DNA of 64,000 bases from Octopus vulgaris. Its lineage: Eukaryota. The stretch spans positions 20,460,001 through 20,524,000 of the forward strand of contig OX597819.1 of assembly GCA_951406725.2 (NCBI GenBank), written 5' to 3'. The notes under the pieces are model-generated. The model was not told where the DNA came from, ran no database searches, and saw nothing but the letters and a program-made list of their open reading frames with translations. Shown one piece after another: positions 41,607 through 56,066 of the stretch; positions within the stretch are counted from its first letter, which is position 1, and each line of letters starts with the position of its first letter. The translations under genes and the position numbers were made by a program.

Positions 41607-43022
41607 CTGGGAGACGGCAACGGAAAGAGGTAAGAGAAAACTGAACCATCCGAGGAAGAATTGGACAGCGTAGTCCACTTTGTCCGGATTTTCTCCAATT
41701 ATATTAAGATGTAGTTTGGACTCTCAAGCATGCTACGATGATGATAAGACGAGGAATATTTGCCAAGTGGTGAATTGATGAAGGCAATTCAACCTCAATC
41801 CAGCTATAAATACTGAGAATACATGAGACGCATGAATGAAAAGAGGAAAGAGAGCACCTGCGACGTGTGAGTAAAATATTGGCATCAAGGTTGAATGCCA
41901 AAAAGCATTATTTCAGCAATAAATTCGCTCACAGTTGCAGTAGGTCGGTATGGCGCTGGAATCCTGAAGTGGACAGAGGAAGAAGGAAAGGAGATGGACG
42001 AGATGTCAAGAAAGCTCCTAATGATGCATGGAGACCATCATCCACGTGCAGACACTGATGGCTTATACATGAAGAGAGCAATTGGAAGATAAGTGTGGAA
42101 GATAGCGTACGTATCGAACTCGAGAACTTTACGAGATACGTAGCCCAAAGTCAGGAAATCTTGCTAGTGAGAGTTAGGAATTAGGGAGCAATGAGAGCAA
42201 AGAAAAAAAAAAGGAAGACAAAGGAAGAAGTACAAAAGTACGAAGAAGAATTAAGGAAGAAGGGACTACACAATCAATTCCATGTAATTACAACAGAAGT
42301 TGCTTGAAAAGTTTGATAGGATTAACTGATGAAAGGAAACCTGCAAAAGGAGCACTAAACTGGCGGGTCAACCAGAGGAATGAGCAAATGTCCCCACCGT
42401 GCCGCATCTGCAATAGAGTGGATGAAACTATTGCCCATATCCCGAACGAATGCCCTAGACTTGCTCAAAACATCTACAGGTTGTGGTTACATGGCCAGGT
42501 AGCGTATGTGCTATATTGGAAACTGTGCAAAAAGTGGGGGCTAGAGAGAGACAAGAAGTTGTATGAGTACAAAACGCAGAGACTGGAAGAGTCGGAGACT
42601 AGCAAAATCCTCTGGGGTTTCCCAATCTCAAAACATCAGATGCTGGGGTATAACAGACCGGAACAAAGGAGGCGGGCAAGGTGCACCACGTCTGCTATAT
42701 AGTTGAGGTTGCATGCCCCTTTGACCCTCGAATAGACAAGAGGAAAGGCAGAAAGATAGATAGATACAACATTCTTAAGTAGGAAGTAGCACAGCTATAG
42801 ATAATGAACAAGGTGAAGATAGTGACAATTATTGTTGGGTCATTGAGTACGGTATCAGGAGGCATCAAGGGGAATATAAACGTAATTGGAATAGAGTGCC
42901 CAGCAGAACTGTTACAAAAGGTATGCCTTTTTGGAACGGCCAGAATAATCAGCAAAGTATTAGATAGCTGACAAAAATATATAACATCGTAACATAGGCG
43001 GTAGGTAGCAAGGCCGCTCCGC
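41607..43022 (+). mobile_element. R4/Dong-like RLE non-LTR retrotransposon, 5'-truncated, decayed (copy A)
   Basis: ISAINSL...RYGAGILKW...HHPRADTDGLY, CRICNRVDETIAHIPNEC, ILWGF, VACPFD, QKVCLFGTARII. Confidence 0.88.
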
Positions 43023-43023
43023 A

Positions 43024-43096
<73 letters not shown>

Positions 43097-43098
<2 letters not shown>

Positions 43099-43504
43099 CT
43101 CTTTTACTCTTTTACTTGTTTCCGTTATTTGACTGCGGCCATGCTGCAGCACCGCCTTTAGTCGAACAAATCGACCCCGGGACTTATTCTTTGTAAGCCC
43201 AGAACTTATTCTATCGGTCCCTTTTACCGAACCGCTAAGTAACGGGGACGTAAACACATCAGCATCGGTTGTCAAGCAATGTTAGGGGGACAAACACAGA
43301 CACACAAACACACACACACATACATATATATATACATATATACGACAGGCTTCTTTCAGTTTCCGTCTACCAAATCCACTCACAAGGCATTGGTCGGCCC
43401 GGGACTATAGCAGAAGACACTTGCCCAAGATACCACGTAGTGGGACTGAACCCGAACCATGTGGTTGGTTAGCAAGCTGCTTACCACACAGCCACTCCTG
43501 CGCC
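43097..43504 (-). mobile_element. tRNA-derived SINE with (AAAAGAGT)n tail, inside a (TAA)n array
   Basis: Minus strand GGCGCAGGAGTGGCTGTGTGGTAAG head; paralogue of 11696-12064; (TTA)n at 43024-43096 and 43506-43637. Confidence 0.9.
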
Positions 43505-44195
<691 letters not shown>

Positions 44196-46465
44196 TTCCC
44201 TTTATCTTTTGCTGTGTTATGATAATAATAACAACAATAATGATAATGATAGTACACAAGTGATTTCTTTGGTGAACACGGTCAGCCTTGTAGAAGTTTC
44301 GACTAGAGATTTCGGGTGCCATTTGTGTGTCATCCACCAGTAATTAGTTTTGGATCATACATGGTCAGTTCTACCATGCTGTGATGTGAGAAGATTGTCG
44401 GTGTAATCTTTACGTCATAGAAAGACCTACCTTATTGTTGAAACATGTCTAATGTTTGCATTCCCTAATAGGGAGAGTATATTTTGTTCCAAGAAAAGCA
44501 TTTCTGTGCAGTCAAGTATAACCTCTGCTTGGTACCGGTCTTTGCATGTCATTCCTGAAATTATGAAGTCATTTGGGCCATTTGAAGTTGAAGTTAGCAA
44601 TCAGGAGTATATTAACACTTTGATCCACTTTTGTTAGTACTTGATTTATGATTGTAACATTTTCCTCGAATACATCATCGTCACGTGAGGCATCATGTGG
44701 CCAATACACAATGCATATTACCACATCAGTTTCATTAAATGCACAGGGTTAGTGGTGTGAAGTCTTCATGAATCTACAACGTGACTCCACCGTCACCTCT
44801 TTCCCTTCTGTCAGCGCGGAACGCAGCGTATATTCTTACGTGTATCTCTGTGTCATTTATACATACATATATGTATATATAGATATACATATATGTATAT
44901 ATAGATATACATATATGTATATATACCTAAGATACATATACAGGGTAGCGAATATTCGTTATAAATATTACCACCAGTGGCCTAGCATGTATAAATAGTC
45001 AATGGACAACATATTCATATTTTAAAATAGTGTACATTTAAACACACAAGAAAATTACCCTTTGACAGGTAATTTTTACATGCTAGAAGAAGCAGCCAAA
45101 AGTGGCCAAAACCACAATTTAATAGCAATTTTCGAAGGAATGAGTGGGAGGAACTATCTGCTAAATGGGACTTTCCTTGAGTTCTCTCAAAGAAAAGCTC
45201 ACAGAAATCGATTGAATATCCAAGTCTAATACCATGAAGGAAAGCCTGGAGTGTTACTCTTACTGTAACAGCAGACATGATCCGAATATTTGTACATGAT
45301 TTATATCCGCTGAAGGCACCAAAAACCAGGTGTTGATGCTAAGCGAATAATGTCAGGAGTTGTTGCCGATACCTTTTTGATTTTCACTAAAATATTTTGT
45401 GATTGATAATAGTTTGTTTTCAGTGGTGTGTAAATCATTATTAAGCCGTATATTTGTGAAGTTATAAATACCGACAGAATTTGATTAATAAGATTAATAC
45501 CCAATATACGTGTCATTCTGTTCGTTTAATTCATTGATTCCACGTTACTTTAAATAAATAATTGAATTTTGTGAAATATAATACTAATATACTATAGAAC
45601 AGAGATGGGTAATTTCGAAATGTCATCAATTTTAATGCAACGAGAGAAGTCTGAAATGGAAAAATATCGTTTATATTTCATACACACAAGCACACACGCC
45701 CCCACCCGACACACACACTCAGAAGCATAAAAACACACACATACATACGTTCACACAAACATACATATGTTCACACACACGTATACATAATATATCACTC
45801 ACCACACACAGACTCAAAGACAGACAACTCCATAGACAAGCGAACTGAAGAACATATACATTTTCACATACGAATATTTCCCATACATGGTATTCAAAAT
45901 TATTTAGTAATTACTTCAGCTTCGCCATTTTAAGTAATACACATAAATATCTGCATATATACGTGTGTATGCAAATATGTAAGTGTGTGTGTAAGGAAGT
46001 ATGCAAGTATGTGTTCATGTGTGTATATAATCATATTTACAGTACATATTAAATGCAAATATTTGTGCTTGATATGTAGATATCACTCTATAGCAGTATA
46101 CATAGATGTTTGCATCCATTTCTGAAAGTATATCAAGGCATATATTTCTTTAGCTAAGCAATATAACGTAGATAGTACTAAACACACATACACTCATACA
46201 CACTCACACTCATACACACATATATGCGTATATATATTCTCTATTTAAAGGTCGCTATACAACCTTCACATTTATCACAAGCTCGTGCTGATAAAATTAT
46301 TCATTATCTCTTTCTATTTGCCTGGGTTGTGACGCAAAACCGATGAACATAATATAAAAATATCCTACTATCTCCTTGCTTGATCATTTCTATTTGAGGA
46401 TGTCTCACAAGAGAGTATAAGAACGAAAAGAAATTTCAACAAATAATAATAATAATAATAATAAT

Positions 46466-46508
<43 letters not shown>

Positions 46509-46836
46509 TCAATAACAATGATGACAAAAACGAATATATTAAATGAATTTTATGAATGCATAAACGAATATATATGTAAAACATATATTCGTTACATAAC
46601 CTCCCCTCCTGTATCCTATTAAAAATAATGACTTACACATGCATGAAATATAACCATGTATGTATATATATATATATATTCATGCAAGCAACAACACACA
46701 CACATATACACCCACACACTCACATATATTCATATACGTACACATACACATGTATGTATATGTATGCACATATATGTGCGTATGTGAGGCTATTGACTTG
46801 CATACATACATACATAATGCATGTGTACATATATGC

Positions 46837-46881
<45 letters not shown>

Positions 46882-49800
46882 ACATATATATCTATATATG
46901 AATGTATGTATGTATGTATGTATGTATGTATGTATGTATGTATTTGATGCTGTTGACAATTTTTAAAGACTAGATAGAAGCAAGAATTGGCAATACGAAG
47001 CCATAGAGTAAAGTAGATATACCGATCTTTTTAAGAGATAAGGGACTTTGTAGGGCTTGTGTTAAAATTACAATTTCTCGGTTCATTTCTAAAGGTTTGA
47101 TTGCACATGCAGTTTATAGCTGTGTTTTGTTTACCATTTTATTATTATTATTTCCTCGCTCACTTTAGCTATTAATTTACTCCGTTATCCGAAATATCCA
47201 TAAATGTTTTTTGTGCCATCTGACACTTTACTTACTGTCATCGCTGTTGTTATTATTATTGGTTTTCTCTGCTGCTCTGATGATTATTATTGTTATCTTT
47301 TTATTTGTTGTGCTGTTTTATTTGTTATTGATGTTGTGTTATATGTGTCACATTTTCTCACTCTTGTTACTGCTGCTGCTGCTGTTGTTGTTGCTGCTGT
47401 TGCTGCTGCTGCTTTCGCTGTTTCTGCTGAAGAGTGAATCGTGATGTTTCCCCATTTCAAAAAGGAATCGAACATGTTTGAGGAAAATATTTCCTAACAA
47501 ATTATTCCAAACACAGTCAGAATTACTAATGGAAAGGCGTTGTATGTAAAGATGACAGTATTAAATGCAACATTCCATCACTGGAACATTGAATGAAACT
47601 AAACAAACTCATCCCAAATACGGCTGTTGATACTGATGATGCAAGAAACATCAACAAAAACCTCAACAGAAACAGCATCTGTGATTCTATGAAACCGACT
47701 ACAACGTCACACCCAGTCATACAGCCACAACCTCTTATAGCGCTGCAAAACATGCAAGTGGAAGAATCAGTAAAGCTCTCACAATCGCCCAAAGCATAGC
47801 CAGTCACCAGTCGCCCAGCTTTACTTGATATCGAAGCCAGAAGCGAAACCATCTTTAAGCTCATTCAGCATAGCTGTGATAAACGAACCTGAGTTCGTTT
47901 TTTGAATGTGTCTTATTGTTGAGGTAATATTTATACCCGCGGAAACGTGGAAGTTCTGTTAAAAGAAACTTTAGTGCGGTAGTTAGCAAGAGAGAAGCTC
48001 TCATATTAGCTTTTGGTACAAAATGCACACTTGTGTATATCGCTAGCGAGGGATAAAACCCCGCTACCTCTAGAGCCGAGACCACCAAGTCACGTGGTTT
48101 CGAGCTTCCTTACTGTTGGTCTCGTCAATTATGGATGCTCGACCGTGGGAGATTCCCATGTTCTTGTGAATATCTCTATCTCTCAGAAGAAGCCATATGA
48201 CTATATTTTAAGACCAGACATTCTAATGTTCACCAGGACAGAAATAGTACGCCTCCCCAACACGTACACGTCTGCGCGTGTATACACAGACGCAAACATG
48301 CACACTGACCCCTCCACACGCACACCAACACAAGCACAAACTCAAGCGCACGTACGCACAACTGAAAAGAACGTTGCGAAACATATATTTTGCGAGCGAA
48401 GAATGAAAGAAGAGCAATTCGAAGATTTTTGCATTTCAATTCCTAATAAAGAAAACCCGGGTAACTTGGCTGAATCAGCTTCCACATGCTGTTAACCGTA
48501 CAGAATTTGACTGTCAACCATGTGTCGAATAACCAAACATGTGTCATATAGAAATTGTGTTAAACTTGCATAATCATTGGGAGATTCTTGACAAGAAAAC
48601 AATTTCTCAGAAATGCCAGGCGGTGTAATACACAAATAAGGAATCCTTTAGGTAAGGAAACTCTTTAGTCAGCAGGTAAGGATAGTTTTAAGTGGGTACA
48701 ATCTAAACAGGTCGATTTGACTGCCTTTCAGTTTCTGATCCGGGTGCACGATTGAAATGAGAGTAACTGACTGCGACTCGCAGTGAAACTGTAAGATTAG
48801 TCAAACCAGGGTATATCTTGATCAGGATTTAACTTGATCTACTTAGGTGACCCACCAGCATTATTCGGCTTTCTCAAATATCACATTAATACCACAGACA
48901 CTCCAGTCTGAAAGAAATTATAGCTACTATCATTTTATGCCCTACACCCCGTACCGTGTCCTTCCTATTTTAAAGTGATTCCAAGTGAGAAACGGACAAA
49001 TGTAGCTGCTAATATCTGGTCGGTTTTGTGGTTGCATGTTGGAAAGCTATGTAGATTCTTATTTTCAGCCGTTGTATATCTTATACAGAATATAGTCAAC
49101 TCCACATTTTTATGTGAAGTGAATGATCTATTTATATTCCGATATATATGACTTGTACACAAATTAATAAACTAGGTAGTTCGATCTCATCGATACTGTG
49201 AATCCGACATTCATTCTTAAATCTGCAAATCCACCAAGTATTCTTATACATTGTTGCAAAATTTTTGTTATTGAAAATCCTATCTCCAACTCAGATGGCG
49301 CTATATGATCAGTGGTACTACATTCGAAGAATTCCGTTACTTTTTTGTGGCGTAAGAAGGAACGGATTGTATATTAGACACAAAAAAAAAGCTGAGATAC
49401 TGGAATACGGGTTTTAGGAGTTCTGTCTTCGTATATACTTAGACAGAAGGTATGAAGGACATACAATTCCTTGGTAAAATCTTATATAAAGTATCTAATA
49501 ATGAAATAGTAATTTATAAACGTCTATGCAGTACTCCGTGTTGTAAAGAGAAAACGAACGTTGATAATAAAAGTTATTATGGTGTGAAATAGAAGAATAT
49601 TTATTAACTGAAGTGTATTCAATGTTGCAAGAGAAATAGAATGAAATTTGTTCAGGCTACGTTTGATAAATTGCAACCTTTTAGAAATTTAGAGACACTG
49701 ACTATACTTTGGTACAGAGAGAAGTGAGATTTTAACAAGCATCTTGTTTTAACTAATTACTATACTCACCTTCATCTGTAGCCCCAAATGATTCTTAGAA

Positions 49801-51290
49801 GCCAACCCCGCCCGGAGCCTCTTTTTATGAAAATAACTATGGAAGTGTCAGGGGTAAAATACATTCACCACCCTCAAATCAACTTCCTAACTTTACTCTG
49901 TAATGAAGCAATGCCTGTTTGAAGAGTTTCTCTCCAATAATAAGATAGACTGCAGAGTTGGAAAACATCCAACAGTTTTTCTTTGGAAACATATAATCAG
50001 CGTTTGGCATCAGGCTGACTTGTCTAATGGAACTCAGCCTAAGCTAGTCTTTGTTTGCGTTGAAATATTCCTGCTGGCTCCCGCTTTTCTGCAACCAATA
50101 TCTTTACCTGAAACCGTCTATTTGCTCCGTTAAATTAATACAGGTCTTCACCAAAAGAAATTATACGAACTATCAACGAACGCTTGCTTAAAATTAACCG
50201 CATTTTCTCGTTTTTCTTTCTTTATCTATTCTCTCTTACATTCACCTGTTCCCCTTCTTTCTCCCTTATACTATCAATTGTTTTCTTCTATTTTATGTTC
50301 CATGATATACCTTATTACGTGATTTCCATCTGCTTTCATTTAAGATATTCTAAATTATTTTCTTTTGTGAGTTCAAATCCTACCGATGTAGAATAATTTA
50401 CTGCTTATGCTGGTTAACAAAAAAAGAGCAAACAAAAAGAACCAAGATACTTTTCAAGTAGATTCAAGAACTATGTACTTTCACAAGTACAGGTTTCTGC
50501 TAAGACATTGACGATGAATCCATTTTTACATATCATCTTTACTTTTTTCCCATTTTCCAAATTCTCTCATTAAATATGTTTTCCTATTTATATACGCTAT
50601 TTTTTTTTTACCCTGGAATACAAAATGATTGCTTCCGCATGTCAGCTGATATCCGTCTAATTATTCCTAGTTTAGTTGACTTCTATTTGCTGTTTTACTC
50701 TCTTGGTATTTGAATTGAGTCTGAAAAGACAAAATGAACGAAACGAGGAAAGAATATACATATCATAGGTTTATGTTCACATCCTCTTCTCGACAGATGT
50801 ACCAATCACTAAGTATATATCGCTAAATACGCAGTAACAAGCAAAACCAAGATAACCAGCACTTATATAAATCGCAGATATCCTATCCGAGATTCTCTTT
50901 ATACATCTTGACAATAAAAGAATGCAGACTATTTATTAGTATGCGCTTCATTCTACGAGCAGTTTTACTACGCATCAAATTACAATTTTTTTATATTTAT
51001 ACACACTTTTCCTACGTATGTAGGAAGACAAAACGATAAACATAGTGTTACATAAAAAATACACCGTGTACATAGATGCATACAATTCAGATACATATAC
51101 GCACGTATGTATGCAGTCGCAGATATTTAAGTATATATATATATATATATTACGGAGATGTACTCGCATAGCAAGTAATTTGATCTGAGATCGTGTGCTG
51201 AAACGAAAACAATTGCAGCGTGGGAGGTGTTTATAAGCCATTTAAGAAACACACAAAAGCCGTTCGATTCACTCCAACATTTAAGTTTAA

Positions 51291-51340
51291 TTTGTCAAAA
51301 TATTTTCGTCGCTAAAATCCGCGACCTGTTCACTGACAAA
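51291..51340 (-). ncRNA. Minimal hammerhead ribozyme candidate, G3:C8 variant (left arm)
   Basis: Exact reverse complement of 52807-52856. Confidence 0.65.
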
Positions 51341-52806
51341 GTCCGTGCTGCATCTAAGAAAGTAACAGTTAGTTCGTCATATATATGTATGTACGTATGT
51401 ATGTGTGTATGTATGCATACATGTGTGTATGTATGTACGTATTCATGTCCGCACATACGCCTGTGTATGCATGTATGTATGTATGTATGTATATATGTAT
51501 GTGTGTGTATAAGCACGCACATACACTCTATAAAACATAAAGTTATAAACCTGTAGCGATGGATGGATGTAGAGTGACCACTCATCACAACGCTATCAAA
51601 TTTCAACTCCCTACGGCCGAGGCTAGAAAGTGAATTTATGACACTTGCTCACAAGAACTATACCCTAAAATCTATTATCAGATTTTTATCTCTATATCAC
51701 AGAACTAATGTTTTACTATTGTTCGTATGTATGTATGTATGTGCGTATGTATGTATGTATGTATGTATGTATGTATGTATGTATGTATGTATGTATGTAT
51801 GTACATACGTACGCATGTGCGTATGTATGTATACGCGCCTGTATGCATGTGCCCATGTATGTGTGTGTGTACATGTACGTGCGTATGTACGTGTGTATGC
51901 CCATACGTAGGTATGTATGTATGTTTGTATTCATGTGCTACGTATGTATGTGAGTGTCTAGAGAATGGGCAGATGTGTCCGTGAGTGTGTACATGTGTAT
52001 GTGTGTGAACGTATGTCCGTGTACTGGCATGTGTCCTGTCCAAGTTGTGTACATGACTGTTGTGTAACAGTCATGTACACAACTTGGACGGACACATGCC
52101 GGTACACGGACATACGTTCACATACACATACACATGTACACACTCTCACGGACACATCTGCCCATTCTCCTAGACACTCACATACATACGTAGCACATGA
52201 ATACAAACATACATACATACCTACGTATGGGCATACACACGTACATACGCACGTACATGTACACACACACATACATGGGCACATGCATACGGGCGCGTAT
52301 ACATACATACGCACATGCGTACGTATGTACATACATACAAACATACATACATACATACATACATACATACATACATACATACATACATACATACATACAT
52401 ACACACATACATACATACATACGAACAATAGTAAAACATTAGTTCTGTGATATAGAGATAAAAATCTGATAATAGATTTTAGGGTATAGTTCTTGTGAGC
52501 AAGTGTCATAAATTCACTTTCTAGCCTCGGCCGTAGGGAGTTGAAATTTGATAGCGTTGTGATGAGTGGTCACTCTACATCCATCCATCGCTACAGGTTT
52601 ATAACTTTATGTTTTATAGAGTGTATGTGCGTGCTTATACACACACATACATATATACATACATACATACATACATGCATACACAGGCGTATGTGCGGAC
52701 ATGAATACGTACATACATACACACATGTATGCATACATACACACATACATACGTACATACATATATATGACGAACTAACTGTTACTTTCTTAGATGCAGC
52801 ACGGAC

Positions 52807-52856
52807 TTTGTCAGTGAACAGGTCGCGGATTTTAGCGACGAAAATATTTTGACAAA
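52807..52856 (+). ncRNA. Minimal hammerhead ribozyme candidate, G3:C8 variant (right arm)
   Basis: Stem I TTTGTCA/TGACAAA, core GTGAACA, stem II GTCGC/GCGAC, GAA, palindromic stem III AATATT, H17=T. Confidence 0.65.
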
Positions 52857-52937
52857 TTAAACTTAAATGTTGGAGTGAATCGAACGGCTTTTTTGTGTTT
52901 CTTAAATGGCTTATAAACACCTCCCACGCTGCAATTG

Positions 52938-52980
<43 letters not shown>

Positions 52981-53127
52981 AAGGGTTAGGCAAAAGAATT
53001 TGCTTCACCACACTGCCTAACCCTTATTATAATAAATATTGTTTAAATTTACCGATAATGGTCTTTTACATGCCGAATCACTACTTGGTGGAATTATTAA
53101 TTATTAATTAGTTAATTAATTTTACCC

Positions 53128-53195
<68 letters not shown>

Positions 53196-53292
53196 ATTAT
53201 TATTATTATTATTAATATTATTATTATTATTATTATTATTAACATTATTATTATTATTATTAATATTATTATTATTATTATTATTATTATCA

Positions 53293-53372
<80 letters not shown>

Positions 53373-53374
53373 TA

Positions 53375-53407
<33 letters not shown>

Positions 53408-53419
53408 ATATATATATTT

Positions 53420-53455
<36 letters not shown>

Positions 53456-53460
53456 ATAAT
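53128..53460. repeat. (TTA)n and (TA)n microsatellite
   Basis: Direct inspection. Confidence 0.97.
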
Positions 53461-53550
53461 AACGGTAGAATGTTTTGTTTGCTATTAAGTTAAACATGGC
53501 CTGGACCAATCTTTGGTCGAAACATATCTAAGTTTATCTAAGTTTATTTA

Positions 53551-53629
<79 letters not shown>

Positions 53630-53688
53630 ACATGTATATGTATGTATAAAAAAATCTAAAATGACATAGGTGTAAGAAAATTAAGTCC

Positions 53689-53884
53689 TGAGCTTTAATA
53701 GCTTGCAGCTGTTTCTGCTATAGAATGTAACGCAGTCGTAGCGGAGTGTTTGTGTATCGGAACTTCAAGCGTCAATTGCACATCGTATTTGAAGCTCCAA
53801 TAGATTTATTTAGCGATATACAAGCATTCCCGCTGTGACTGCATTGCTTCTTTAGTTAGAGCAGCTGTAAAGTACTGAAATTCA
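53689..53884. repeat. Imperfect ~200-bp hairpin (MITE-like or structured RNA)
   Basis: 53689-53759 pairs with 53814-53884; inner stem GGAACTTCAA/TTGAAGCTCC. Confidence 0.75.
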
Positions 53885-55785
53885 TAACACAATTTATTTT
53901 TCGTTTGTCATTCTAATTTATTTATTACAGCTCTGTACTAGATTAACGCTTCGTACTGAAGCATATGCACATTCAATTCTAACACAAGATTATCAGCACC
54001 GCTAGCTGTATTCTATACCATTCTCAAAGCGAGTGGCTTGCTGCCGGGGAAGAGGGAGCTTCAGAAAGTTTGAAAGGAACTACAGTTTGAATGTCTGCAA
54101 TTGTTGTAGACATGAATAGAAAATATTATAACTCGCTTGAGTGGGAACAATGGAAACCTATGACCATTTCCTAATACAGGCATGTGCAAAAATGTTCGAG
54201 AATGTTTACTCTATACGAGATTTCACCGACCTATTGAATGGATACACAGTGATCCACTTTTGAAAATAATGGATTTGCAATGCTTCAATTGTGCTGGAAG
54301 TTCTCGTAATGAAACCTATCTGTTTGAAACCTATCTCCAGTAACGGTTTGAGGGAAATAATATGGCAGCTGCCATCACGCAAATTTCAGGTTGGCATTTA
54401 CTATTGAGAAACTAGTACCCTGTTGGAATAGGTGTGACTGACTTTTACCTTGTCGTTTCTATAATCATAAATGATTGTTAAATTACAAGTTTACATGGTC
54501 TCCTGTTCAAATCCGGTAAATAACGAATTGCCATGCACACCCTACAATCGTAAGTACAAAAATATATATACTCTCCTTGAGTCGTCAATTCATTTTTGGA
54601 ACATTCCGAAACGTATTGTATCAGTCATCCGATTTTCTGATTCCATTGAATAAAAGGTGAAGAATATATACTCCCGGGACTAGTGGCTGAGCCGCTGCCA
54701 TTCAGAAGAAAGGGGGTCCAAAGGAGGAAGACGTTGTGTAGCCCTTGAATGTACGTTCGGCTGGTTCCTACAAAGCTGTGTTTTAATGATCCGATATGTG
54801 CAGAAATAGTTACTGATTGAAAGAGTTTAGGATTTATGATGTGAAATTGCTCGAGATTTTTGAAATGTTTGCGAATCGGTCTCAAAATGTGCTTAATGGT
54901 CGGAAAATATTGGTGCAATATTTTGCGAGTAGCAAAAGATACCCTTTCTCGAAGGAAATTATTGTTATAGAATGAACGTGACTGCTATTAGATTCGAAAT
55001 CACCGAGGTCGATCTATTCTTGATGGGTGCATGAAAAATATTTTCTCAAATAAGCAAACTACCGCAAGTGAATAACTGGGAGCAGATATGTTTCCATAAT
55101 GTGAACGATAAACGCTGAGCCATGGTGAGTGATTGACGGGAGAGAGATTAGTGACTGACAGTTTGCTTTTTAAATCTTCCAGAACAGCTCATTTCGGAGT
55201 GGAGTTTAGAAAGTGTACGATGGACAGCGAAGATGGACGGTAGAGAGAAATATGTGTGTGACAGAGGGAAAAGAAAGGTAGTTTTTCAATCATGTCTTCC
55301 CTTAAACTTTCGCATTGAGTGCTACAGATGTGGGCTTTCCACTACCTCAAGAGTCAAGTGCTTTAGACATCGTACAATCCCAATATATATTTCACAAGCT
55401 TTTCATAATTTATGTCTTCTGAAACGAGTGTAGAAAGTTTACTGATTGTACACATACATACTTATGTACAAAACATACATATAGACTTACTTACATATAG
55501 ACTTATTTACACACAGACATACAAGCACACACACACACACACCGCACACACACACACGGACACACAAACACATACACACGTATAGTTGCGTTGTTCTGAT
55601 AGACAGTTAAAACGCAGTAAACCGTTAAAACGTCTTTTGTTATATTTGGATACAGTGTTAATATACTAAATGTCAAAGACTTTCAAAGTGATCGCCGTGG
55701 TACATTCATAATCATCACCGCTATTGTCGCCCTTGTCGTCGTCGTCATCATTATCATCAGCAGTGGTTCTGCTATTATTATATGG

Positions 55786-56066
<281 letters not shown>

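Larger units (their letters stand above)
51210..52937. repeat. 1728-bp near-perfect palindrome with 4-nt spacer
   Basis: Arms 51210-52061 and 52066-52937, spacer GTGT. Mirror-image ORF translations appear on opposite strands (51295..51606- equals 52541..52852+). Confidence 0.97.

Noticed and set aside
51227-52920. Duplicated ORF pairs on opposite strands
   Set aside because: A by-product of the palindrome and (TATG)n repeats, with no protein-like content.
53490-53540. GACCA-ATCTT-TGGTC-GAAAC hammerhead-like half
   Set aside because: No recognisable CUGANGA-type core upstream; too incomplete to call.
54000-55000. Complex sequence with a 97-aa minus-strand ORF and an acceptor-like site at ~54179
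   Set aside because: No recognisable domain, and all frames close quickly.
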